From Candidatus Heimdallarchaeota archaeon (GTDB lineage Archaea > Asgardarchaeota > Heimdallarchaeia > Hodarchaeales > Hodarchaeaceae): a stretch of DNA of 64,000 bases. Shown here piece by piece: positions 8,217 to 16,946 of the stretch. Position 1 is the first letter of the stretch, and the number at the start of each line of letters is the position of its first letter. The stretch is from positions 13,233-77,232 of the forward strand of contig JBHLSH010000006.1 in the NCBI GenBank assembly GCA_048881705.1. Reading direction: 5' to 3'. The notes beneath the pieces were generated by a model. The model saw nothing but the letters and a program-made list of their open reading frames with translations. It did not search any database and was not told the origin of the DNA. The translations under genes were made by a program, and so were the position numbers.

Positions 8217-9587
8217 TTATTTCTTTCTTAGCTTCCGAATAAAATCGAGCATTCCCAGACTCAGAAGGATGAGAAAACCTGGAAATCTAGTGGGTTGTGA
8301 AGTAGTGGTTGCGGTGGTTGTTACTTCAACTTCTTTGACCTTGACCAGCCAGAAATCAGCGCCCCCTGCACCATAAGACTCAGTGGTACCTGAAATGATG
8401 AATCCACCATCTGAGGTCTGGACAACCGATCCACCTGCATCAGTTCCTGATCCTCCTATTGTGCTGTTCCATAAATGCTGCCCATTCGAATTTATTTTCA
8501 CAATCCAAACGTCCTGGGCTCCAGCTCCATACGATGATGTCCTTCCAACGAGGACGAAACCTCCATCTGATGTTTGAATCCCAGTTTCAGCTGAATCAGG
8601 TTCTGTTCCTCCTATGGTGCTATTCCATTCGTGGTGCCCATTAGTATTTGTCTTGACAAGCCATCCATCACTGGAACCAGTACCAAGCGACGATCTTGTC
8701 CCCACAAGGCCAAACCCTCCATCTAAAGTTTGGATAGCAGTTATTGCAACGTCGAAACCCTCTCCCCCAAAGAAGTTCTCCCATTCTGTCTCTCCACTGG
8801 CGTTAATCTTTACCATCCAAAAATCAAAAGTGTCTACAAGAGAAGAAAATGGCGCTGATTGTCCAGCAATGACAAATCCCCCATCTGAGGTTTGAATTAT
8901 AGAATTAGCGGTTTCAACTCCAGTTTTTCCGAGTGTCTTATTCCATTCAGCAGTTCCGCTTGCATTTGTTTTTACCAACCACATATCAGAAGCGCCAGCA
9001 CCATAGGATATAGTCCCCCCTGCGAAGAGATACCCTCCGTCGGTTGTTTGAACTACCGAATTGGCCCAATCATTGGCTGGCCCTCCAAAAGTTCGATTCC
9101 ATTCGTGTTGGCCATTAACATCAGTTTTCAGTAACCAGGCATCAAATCCACCTCCACCAAAAGATTGAGTTGTGCCTGCCACGACATATCCTCCATCGTT
9201 TGACTGGATCACTGAAATAGGCCTGTCGTCCTGTATTCCTCCAAATGTCTGATTCCATTCGGGATTACCGTTAGGATCGGTTTTTATCACCCATATATCA
9301 TCGAAACCAGCTCCATATGATTCAGTAAGACCTGTAATTAGATATCCCCCGTCTACGGTTTGGATCATAATGGGGGGAAGAAATAGACCATAGGATGCCG
9401 CTGCGCGGACGCTAATTGCCCCCGAAGCTATTCCATCATCATCTAATCCACCGAACGTTTGATTCCATACTGGCTCTATAGATGTAATTTTATCAGTTTT
9501 CACATTATCCAATTCATTTATTGAAACAATACTCACTGGAGTGTAAATTAATAAAAAAAATAAGATGTAAATGAGGCTTTTATTCAT
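8217..9587 (-). CDS. Secreted 7-repeat (propeller-like) surface protein with a PGF-CTERM-like anchor. Paralog of 6655..7989.
   Basis: N-terminal signal-like 'MNKSLIYILFFLLIYTPVSIVS'. Seven repeats of the same consensus as the neighbouring gene. The tail is 'TTTATTTSQPTRFPGFLILLSLGMLDFIRKLRKK'. Confidence 0.75.
   Translation of the reverse strand: MNKSLIYILFFLLIYTPVSIVSINELDNVKTDKITSIEPVWNQTFGGLDDDGIASGAISVRAAASYGLFLPPIMIQTVDGGYLITGLTESYGAGFDDIWVIKTDPNGNPEWNQTFGGIQDDRPISVIQSNDGGYVVAGTTQSFGGGGFDAWLLKTDVNGQHEWNRTFGGPANDWANSVVQTTDGGYLFAGGTISYGAGASDMWLVKTNASGTAEWNKTLGKTGVETANSIIQTSDGGFVIAGQSAPFSSLVDTFDFWMVKINASGETEWENFFGGEGFDVAITAIQTLDGGFGLVGTRSSLGTGSSDGWLVKTNTNGHHEWNSTIGGTEPDSAETGIQTSDGGFVLVGRTSSYGAGAQDVWIVKINSNGQHLWNSTIGGSGTDAGGSVVQTSDGGFIISGTTESYGAGGADFWLVKVKEVEVTTTATTTSQPTRFPGFLILLSLGMLDFIRKLRKK
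8350..9476 (-). repeat. Array of seven tandem coding repeats inside gene 8217..9587
   Basis: Read from the translation. Boundaries are approximate. Confidence 0.7.
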
Positions 9588-9682
9588 ACAACGGACCTCT
9601 AAACGGTTATTTTTCAGTTCTAAAGAAAAAAATGGAAGTACTAAACCAGACCGAAGTTCCCGTTTAAAAGGATTCCCCGCTC

Positions 9683-10762
9683 TTAGACTTCAATCAACCC
9701 TTTCCATGAGGTCACAAATTCCCATAATGTCTTATAGAGACTTTCAAAGACGGAATGGTACGCAACTTCGAAACCGTGACTGTTCTTTCGAATATGCCCT
9801 ATGCAGGCCGTTTGAGGACTGGCACCAATACTACCAACTTGACCTGCATCACTCCCACTTGTCGTATAGACAAGCTGTTGAAGCTCAGTCCCGGCATTTT
9901 TCGCCTTATCAGACAAAGCCTGGTTCAATCTGGTGCTATAGAAATACCCCCGATCACGGACCCTAATTCCAGGTCTACTATCTAGTTCCGTAGGTGATTC
10001 AGATGCAATTGGACAGCCATCCACAGCTATGAAGTAGGTAGGAGTTAGTGATTGTGCCAGATATTTAGCTCCAAAACAACCGATCTCTTCTCTAGTCGTA
10101 AATGCGACGATAAGATTCACAACTGGAGTCACATTCTGTGCTTTTAGGGTTTTCAATATATGAAGTAGGATGGCAACCCCTATTTTATCATCAAATGTCC
10201 ACGCTCCTATCAGTGGATCTGATTCTTCTCCAAAAAATATGGGGCCTCGCTCCGATTGACTCGGAGTAATCAGAGTTCCAGGTTTAACGCCATAACTTTT
10301 CAAATTTTCAGGAGTTAATCCAGTGATAACAGAAGTTTCTTTCCACTCTAATTTTTGTACACTACCTGCTGCGTGCCCTGATCCCATCGCCGTGACGCCA
10401 GAAATCGTCGCATTGTCACCAAAGATGTCAACTGGCCGTTCCCCATATTTCCATGTTAATGACCCACCTACCCTCTCAACTCCTAGAGTCCCGTCATCAT
10501 TAATTTTTGTTACCATCAATCCGATTTCGTCGATATGGGACGCTAGACAACAGGTTTCTTCGCTTTGTTTCCGCCCTCCAACTTGAACATAGACATTCCC
10601 TGCCAAATCTTTCTGGGGATCATATCCCCACTTATTGCACTTATGATAGATGTAATCAGCTATCTGATCTTCCATTCCTGATGGAGAAGGAATAGCTAGT
10701 AATTCAATGAATTCTTGAATTATTGCATTCTGCTTGATATGCTCATATCTTCCGGATTCCAT
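9683..10762 (-). CDS. M42 family metallo-aminopeptidase, second paralog
   Basis: 'LASHIDEIGLMVTKINDDGTLGVERVGG', 'FDDKIGVAIL', 'TREEIGCFGA' and 'AVDGCP' are collinear with ORF 4298..5371. Confidence 0.8.
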   Translation of the reverse strand: MESGRYEHIKQNAIIQEFIELLAIPSPSGMEDQIADYIYHKCNKWGYDPQKDLAGNVYVQVGGRKQSEETCCLASHIDEIGLMVTKINDDGTLGVERVGGSLTWKYGERPVDIFGDNATISGVTAMGSGHAAGSVQKLEWKETSVITGLTPENLKSYGVKPGTLITPSQSERGPIFFGEESDPLIGAWTFDDKIGVAILLHILKTLKAQNVTPVVNLIVAFTTREEIGCFGAKYLAQSLTPTYFIAVDGCPIASESPTELDSRPGIRVRDRGYFYSTRLNQALSDKAKNAGTELQQLVYTTSGSDAGQVGSIGASPQTACIGHIRKNSHGFEVAYHSVFESLYKTLWEFVTSWKGLIEV

Positions 10763-10871
10763 GGTATTACATCACTAGGAAGAAAAAAAAGGATATGAAT
10801 AAAAAAAACTCCCCTCAGTACCGAACCTTAATGTTAAGGAGAACTTAGTTCTCTCTACAGGTGTTAGCTGT

Positions 10872-12326
10872 ATGAAAGCAGACGAAATCGAGATAACTGA
10901 GGATTTTGTTGAACGTCTTGAAATTCTAATAAGTGATGAGATGGTACGGCATAAGGTACCTGGAGCAAGTATCGCAATTGTCAAGAAAGACAAGATCGTA
11001 TATTCCCAAAGTTTTGGGGCAAGAGATCTAGAAGAAAATCTCCCTGTTACTCCATCTACATTATTTAATATTGCCAGTGTAACAAAATCAATTATATGTT
11101 TAGGTATTATGAGGTTAGAGGAACTCGGAAAACTGGATCGCCACGATCCGATTTCAAAACACATTCCCTGCAAATTGGGCTTTGCGGATGCACCAATCAC
11201 CATTCATCACCTAATGACGCACACTTCTGGGATTCCCGAAATCGTAGGAGGGATAGCGCACTTAGATTTGGCCATGGAAGTTAACATTGAAACCCCCTTT
11301 ATCCCGTTTATGAATTGGAATGACTTTTTCAGACATATCAACGGTGCCACGGAGTACGTCAGCGAAAAACCAGGGAATCGATTCTATTACCAGAACTACG
11401 GTTACACCATGCTTGGACGTATTATCGAAGTTGTTTCAGGTCAGGATTTGCCTGAATTCATTAAGCAACATATTCTTAACCCTCTCCAGATGAATGAATC
11501 TACTTTCTTAAAGAATCAGCTAGATAAAATGGGGGATGTCTCATCCGCATATAAAATGTCAGAGCAGGAAGGCCGAATAGTGAGGACTTCCTATTATCGT
11601 GAGAATGAGATCTTCGGATATGCACCCGGGGGATTATTCAGTTCCGTTCCTGAGCTAGCTAACCTAATAATCATGTACTTGCATCGAGGTGAATTTCGTG
11701 GTAATAAACTAATCAGTAGTGACAGAATCGATGCAATGACTTCCATTCACTGGAAGGAGACAGCAAATTCAAAATTATATAGTAGTACAATTGGAGATTT
11801 CGGAGATTCGGGGTATGGGTACGGATTAGCAATTCATGAGAACTTCTATGGGCATAAGATAGTTCATCATTCTGGTAGCTGGATTGGGGCCAGCGCTTGG
11901 CTCGCGATGCTTCCTGATTTAGAGCTAGGAGTTGTATTTTTGTCGAACAAACATCCTAGTCCTAGGATGATGGCTTTAAGCGCGATAGTTATGCTTCTGG
12001 GAAGAGATCTCAACAAGGAATTTCCGCTTTTACGTCATAGGAACCATATAGAGAAACTTGCAGGAGAATATGAACTCTATAAAGGGGTAGGCAAGATGAA
12101 ACTAGCTGCAAAAGGAGGGCTTTTACAATATCAGTTTGATTATTGGGGAATTAATTCACCATTAATTCCTCTAGAAAGAGACGATATGGATTCAGTAACC
12201 TTAAACTATTATCTGGTGACCGAGGTGGGAGCCAAAGATCCAGTGGAATTTGAGATCGATGAGCACGGAACGATCTGGATGCATCACGAGCGATTAAAAT
12301 GGAAAAAAGTGAGAGAGCTTGAATAG
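10872..12326 (+). CDS. Beta-lactamase-fold serine hydrolase (class C / esterase EstB-like, PBP family)
   Basis: SxxK 'ASVTKS', YxN 'YQN' and 'HHSGSWIGA' in the KTG/HxG position. About 480 aa with an extra C-terminal domain. Confidence 0.85.
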   Translation: MKADEIEITEDFVERLEILISDEMVRHKVPGASIAIVKKDKIVYSQSFGARDLEENLPVTPSTLFNIASVTKSIICLGIMRLEELGKLDRHDPISKHIPCKLGFADAPITIHHLMTHTSGIPEIVGGIAHLDLAMEVNIETPFIPFMNWNDFFRHINGATEYVSEKPGNRFYYQNYGYTMLGRIIEVVSGQDLPEFIKQHILNPLQMNESTFLKNQLDKMGDVSSAYKMSEQEGRIVRTSYYRENEIFGYAPGGLFSSVPELANLIIMYLHRGEFRGNKLISSDRIDAMTSIHWKETANSKLYSSTIGDFGDSGYGYGLAIHENFYGHKIVHHSGSWIGASAWLAMLPDLELGVVFLSNKHPSPRMMALSAIVMLLGRDLNKEFPLLRHRNHIEKLAGEYELYKGVGKMKLAAKGGLLQYQFDYWGINSPLIPLERDDMDSVTLNYYLVTEVGAKDPVEFEIDEHGTIWMHHERLKWKKVRELE

Positions 12327-12482
12327 CAGTAGCCTTTGAAATTGATTGCCATCTTTGTGTCAAATCCATTGAGAACTGGCTGCCATTTGAAATATCCTCG
12401 GTTTCATACGGAACTGGGATCGTCCCCAACGGTTTAATCTAAGCGAAATTCTACCCTGATTATTGTGATATTTTGACCTGAA

Positions 12483-12504
12483 CTGTAATAACGCTGTAAT
12501 AACG
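12483..12504. repeat. Perfect tandem direct repeat, 2 x 11 bp (CTGTAATAACG)
   Basis: Read directly: ctgtaataacg at 12483..12493 and again at 12494..12504, about 75 nt upstream of the lipase ATG. Confidence 0.9.
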
Positions 12505-12578
12505 TCCTAAAAGGATTTATCACTACTTAGCACATTTGACGGAGAGCCAATAGGAAAAGGTTCTGAGAGGTTTTCTAG

Positions 12579-13430
12579 ATGAAGGTCACGATTAAGACAG
12601 GTTTACTCATTCAATTAATTTTAATTTTGATTACATTTTTCAGTTTTTACAATCGAACAGAACTGGTAGAGGGCAAAACTACATCATCTCAGCATAATCC
12701 CATTTTATTTGTACACGGATGGAATAGAGACAGTTCAGATTTTGCGCTTATGACCGATTGGTTTAAGTCCGCAGGATGGCCCACTACAGTTCTTTATGCC
12801 AATAATTTTGACGATAGCAGTAATTGTTCAGTTCAGACCAACATCAACAACGCAAAAAGGATAAAGCAATGGGTAACCGATATTTTAGCCGAAACTGGTG
12901 CGGAAAAAATCGATATCGTAGGTCATAGTATGGGAGGATTGAACAGCAGGTATTATATCAAATTTCTGGGTGGGATAGATTATGTGGATGATTATGTGAG
13001 CTTGGGAAGCCCCCAACATGGAGAAAATGTTGCAACATGTGGTGAACAGGGAGTAAATGATCTTGCGGTGATTTTAAACGAAGGAGATGAAACCCCAGGT
13101 GGAATATTAAATGATACCGTGGGAAAGCGAGTGGATCCATTTTCCGAAGTAATTTACAACGGTACACATATTCCTGGTAATATTTCCTATACGTCTATTT
13201 TTAGCAAAGCCGATACAATTCCATATGTTTCTCCTCCTCTTGATGGAGGAAATAATGTTGAAGTTGAAGATTTAACTCACTTCCAGTTATATCAATCTGA
13301 GGCCGTATATGAGATAATTAGGGATGCGGTTGATGATACTACACCAAGTACAACAACTAATACAACAAGCTGGACGTTTTTACCAATTCTAACCTCCTTA
13401 TTTCCCATCATATGGATAAGACGAAAATAA
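12579..13430 (+). CDS. Secreted triacylglycerol lipase-like alpha/beta hydrolase with a Thr-rich linker and a C-terminal TM anchor
   Basis: Signal-like N-terminus. 'PILFVHGW' and nucleophile elbow 'VGHSMGG', as in small Bacillus-type lipases. The tail is 'DDTTPSTTTNTTSWTFLPILTSLFPIIWIRRK'. Confidence 0.75.
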   Translation: MKVTIKTGLLIQLILILITFFSFYNRTELVEGKTTSSQHNPILFVHGWNRDSSDFALMTDWFKSAGWPTTVLYANNFDDSSNCSVQTNINNAKRIKQWVTDILAETGAEKIDIVGHSMGGLNSRYYIKFLGGIDYVDDYVSLGSPQHGENVATCGEQGVNDLAVILNEGDETPGGILNDTVGKRVDPFSEVIYNGTHIPGNISYTSIFSKADTIPYVSPPLDGGNNVEVEDLTHFQLYQSEAVYEIIRDAVDDTTPSTTTNTTSWTFLPILTSLFPIIWIRRK

Positions 13431-13462
13431 AAACGTTTATCCTCATGAAGAAACGGTTGAAC

Positions 13463-13798
13463 TCAGCCCACTTTTTTGGATTCTAAGCTTACCTCAACGG
13501 CTCTATCGATCCAAACTTGTAATCTTTCCTCATCATTCATAATTTCTTCTGGAAGTGTCCAATAGGACATGGCAATTTTTTTCCCCTTTCGTTCATATAT
13601 AAATGGATGAGAATCATATAATTTAAAATCGGCCCTATTTTGCGGTCCTACTTTGAAAAATAGTTCGCTATCAACAATAATTGCGAATATCACCTGATTT
13701 TTATAGATACCATATCCCCCAAACATTGCTTTAGATGTGATATCTTCGATATCTTTGAAGACATCGTTAATGATATAATCTAGATATTCCCTTGTCAA
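13463..13798 (-). CDS. TfoX N-terminal domain protein
   Basis: 'KAMFGGYGIYKNQVIFAIIVDSELFFKV' and 'YWTLPEEI' match the TfoX_N pattern. Confidence 0.65.
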   Translation of the reverse strand: MTREYLDYIINDVFKDIEDITSKAMFGGYGIYKNQVIFAIIVDSELFFKVGPQNRADFKLYDSHPFIYERKGKKIAMSYWTLPEEIMNDEERLQVWIDRAVEVSLESKKVG

Positions 13799-13967
13799 TG
13801 AATCACCGATCTAAACCAAATAAAATCATTCTATAAAATGTAGATGCGAATTATCTTGGGCGCGCGCCATAATCTATGATAATTCAGGAATTGTTATTTT
13901 AAAATTCGTTTATTCACCAAACTGCTTCTCGTTGCTGGAAGGTGTTATAAAGGTTTCAAGCTCCTAG

Positions 13968-14951
13968 ATGAATGATATGAAAAAAATTCTGGTGGATATC
14001 CGATTTCGTGGACACTTTAAAGAGACTATTAAACTAATCATAATAATCCTCAATTTGATTGGATTTTCGATCGGTATTATAGTGGGAGGACAATCTCATA
14101 TCTATATCGAATCAATAGTGGTTAATAATGAAAGAAATTACGAGGTTGAATCCTTTCCAGTTTTGAATGAAATCATAATCACCGCAAATAATACAAATAC
14201 GGAGACAGTTAATCTCACAATATTCACACAGCACACTGATACGGGTTTTTACGAGAAATTTGAATTAAACCCAGGAGAGAGTATATCAAGTGATAATGAA
14301 TATATTTTGGCCTATGCAGACAGTTCTCTGTTGGAAGTTACCTTTCTTACTTCTTCTGGGCCTCAGGGGGTATTAATTTCCATCAAAGGTGAAAACAGGA
14401 GGCTATTTGCAATACTTCAGGATTTTAAGGTTCCGATGCAAAGAAATCCCATGTTTACAGCCTATTTTTTCATTGCTGTCTTAATTCCAATGTTACTGCT
14501 CTCTTATCTTACGTTCTTTATCAATTTCTTTTACATAAGAACCAACCAGCTGCATAAAACCTCTTCTGGTAAAAGATTACTACTTGAAACTGGGATACCC
14601 GTAATTTATCTTACTAGCTGGTTTATTTTACCTATTCCCCCTTTTGTTCTCATGCCCGTTATGATTTTCATATTCCTCGTTTCAGCTATTGGTTCAAGAA
14701 TTGTCGTGCAGAGAAATCAAACCTGGTCTGAGGGATTCTTAACCACGGGATTCACGTTCTCCGTTACAGCGATTCTTCTCTATTTCTTCTATGCCCCTTT
14801 AGAGCCAGTGATTTATAACAATCAGGTGATCATAGAATTATTGCCAATTCTTCCTATAACCCTTAGTTTCCTAATCTCTGGAGCGATCGCGCTTTTTGTT
14901 GGATTTCGGTTCCCTCTTCCCCCTCGTGAGACTCAGGAGACTATAAAATGA
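13968..14951 (+). CDS. Hypothetical membrane protein: N-terminal TM, an ectodomain of about 130 aa, then about 6 TM helices
   Basis: Long ORF with a clear hydrophobic helix pattern. No family recognised. Confidence 0.5.
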   Translation: MNDMKKILVDIRFRGHFKETIKLIIIILNLIGFSIGIIVGGQSHIYIESIVVNNERNYEVESFPVLNEIIITANNTNTETVNLTIFTQHTDTGFYEKFELNPGESISSDNEYILAYADSSLLEVTFLTSSGPQGVLISIKGENRRLFAILQDFKVPMQRNPMFTAYFFIAVLIPMLLLSYLTFFINFFYIRTNQLHKTSSGKRLLLETGIPVIYLTSWFILPIPPFVLMPVMIFIFLVSAIGSRIVVQRNQTWSEGFLTTGFTFSVTAILLYFFYAPLEPVIYNNQVIIELLPILPITLSFLISGAIALFVGFRFPLPPRETQETIK

Positions 14952-14964
14952 CAACAGTGTTAAA

Positions 14965-15204
14965 TCAAGCGTTTTTTTCTTCCTGTAGCGCTATTGCTTT
15001 ATTCAACGTCTCCAAGAACTCATCCAGCGGAACTCGATGAACGCGAGCGGCTCGTTCCACAGTCAAAGCTTTTGTTATAAATCTGCGCATGGAGTACCTT
15101 CCAACACGTTTGATTCCGAATACCTCCATCACGTCAGCGATGTCTCCGTACTTCTTCAAAATGTCTGAAACTCGGGTATCTTTCGTTATTTCCATAAGAA
15201 TCAA
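14965..15204 (-). CDS. DUF1858 domain protein
   Basis: 'ITKDTRVSDILKKYGDIADVMEVFG' and 'TVERAARVHRVPLDEFLETLN' resemble DUF1858 small proteins. Confidence 0.55.
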   Translation of the reverse strand: MILMEITKDTRVSDILKKYGDIADVMEVFGIKRVGRYSMRRFITKALTVERAARVHRVPLDEFLETLNKAIALQEEKNA

Positions 15205-15393
15205 ATCCTTTCGTAATGGCCAATGATAACTCTGGGAGTTATTAATTTAGTCTGCAATTATTCGTAGTTTTCGGGAAGAGGAAGGATCTAAGATGAATTC
15301 CCGTTTTGAATGCGGTGGTACTCACTAGGGTTGTCCGGAGGTGATAAAAGAATCAGAATCAATCTGAATTAATCCCGCTCATATTAACCGTCT

Positions 15394-16503
15394 CTATTCT
15401 GAAATAGAAATGATCCTATGCTGCGGAAGAAAGGAAAAGTGCTTTCTGATGAGGGGATCTGCTTTAGCGTATATACTAATGTTTGCTGAATCTAGATCAG
15501 AGCCAAAATCCCTCACAAATTGCCTGGTAAACTCCTTCAAAGCGGAGCGTAATAACAAAGATACCTTATCAGCTATTAAGAATGTCACAATCTTCTGATC
15601 GGTCTCAAAAAGAAAGATATAGTTGTCAGTCTTAATCAATTGAATTTTTTCGGTTCTATCGATCACTGATTGAACAAACTGCACGTTTGCGGTCATCAGG
15701 TGAGGGATTAAGATATTGACATCGGGCCCCTGTTTCTTGGTGTTAAAGAGAGCATCAAATATTGAAAGCCCCATATTCATGTTCATAACCGATAATCGAT
15801 ATACATTGAAGGGTAAAACTCGGAGCACTCGAGCGTCAATGACAATAGCTAAAATAACAAACAGAATTCCAATTGCTAAGGCAAATATTTCAATCCCCCA
15901 AATGGCAAGCGAGATTTTGGTAGCTATCAGAATGGCTGGAACCAAAATCGGAAAAATACAACCCAAAAAGAATAGTATTGAGGCTCTACTGTAATCCTGC
16001 GGAATATAAGGGATAAAATGGCTGATTTGGTAAATAACAATAAGAGTTAGTAATAACATTTCAACAACCAGAATCGTACGCGGGAAATCCGCGAAATACG
16101 GCCCTATTCCTGGATCCCAAAGAAAAGATTCTGGCTGGATAGCCAATATGATGCTCATTCCGACACCAAAGGTAACGGCTGTGATAAGAATACTATATGG
16201 TTTGTCGGCCCGCAAGAGTTCAATAAACAAAACAAGCAGAAAACACAACAGAATAAGAATAATCACGCCAGCGCGATAGAGGATTAGGGAGAGTTGGAAT
16301 TCAATATTGGCGATTGTGTATAACAAAGTGTGAAGCAAAAAATAGGGTACAAGCAAGAGGTGAATTATCGTTAGAATAATAAGTGGGCGAGATCTTGAGG
16401 AACGATACACCGAGAGGGTTAAATAAAACCCCAACAGTGTAAGTAAGAGCGAAATAAACGCTAATATGGTATACTGCAGTTGATTAGCGGTTAAAGGGCT
16501 CAT
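15394..16503 (-). CDS. 7TM membrane protein with a C-terminal cytosolic longin/roadblock-like domain
   Basis: Seven hydrophobic helices in aa 12-225. The C-terminal 140 aa show a beta-beta-alpha-beta-beta-beta-alpha pattern ('GLSIFDALF..', 'LMTANVQFVQSVI', 'IQLIKTDNYIFLFETDQKIVTFLIAD', 'LLRSALKEFTRQFV'). Confidence 0.55.
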   Translation of the reverse strand: MSPLTANQLQYTILAFISLLLTLLGFYLTLSVYRSSRSRPLIILTIIHLLLVPYFLLHTLLYTIANIEFQLSLILYRAGVIILILLCFLLVLFIELLRADKPYSILITAVTFGVGMSIILAIQPESFLWDPGIGPYFADFPRTILVVEMLLLTLIVIYQISHFIPYIPQDYSRASILFFLGCIFPILVPAILIATKISLAIWGIEIFALAIGILFVILAIVIDARVLRVLPFNVYRLSVMNMNMGLSIFDALFNTKKQGPDVNILIPHLMTANVQFVQSVIDRTEKIQLIKTDNYIFLFETDQKIVTFLIADKVSLLLRSALKEFTRQFVRDFGSDLDSANISIYAKADPLIRKHFSFLPQHRIISISE

Positions 16504-16946
16504 ATGGTTAAGGAAAAGTTCTAATGTTATTTTAACCTACTGAAATAATTTACACCCGTAATTTACGAAATTAATGTTAAAGCGGATCTAGGTTTCCCCA
16601 ATGAAAATGGATATCTCGCTATTTGATTACTCCGCCAACTGGATTGCGGGCATATTGAAGCCTTTGATTTCATCCAATCGCTTACTACCTAATTCGGGTT
16701 AAAGACAACGACATTTCTTAAGAGAAGAAGAATTAGTCCATCTCTTTCCGATCACTAATCCTAGAAAGGGCCTTTTCATTAATATTATCTCCGCTACGGG
16801 ATTTGTTAAAAACTGGGTTGTTTTTTCTCTGATTCGTCAGGAATATTGCAGATAATGCAATAGTACTCTCATAGAGGATAAATCCTAATGCGCCGTTTTT
16901 TAATATTGGTTTAAGCTCTTATCGACACTCAAGGAGATTAACCAAC

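Noticed and set aside
6644-8895. Long plus-strand ORFs antisense to the two propeller-like genes (6644..7144, 7367..7636, 8383..8577, 8614..8895 and others).
   Set aside because: They mirror the periodic repeat structure of the minus-strand genes and are Pro/Ser/Val-rich low-complexity translations. They lack start context. The minus-strand frames have signal peptides, coherent repeats and anchors.
10775-11203. 142-aa minus-strand ORF overlapping the 5' part of the beta-lactamase-fold gene.
   Set aside because: It is antisense to a gene with unambiguous SxxK/YxN motifs. It has no family features and sits in a divergent promoter region.
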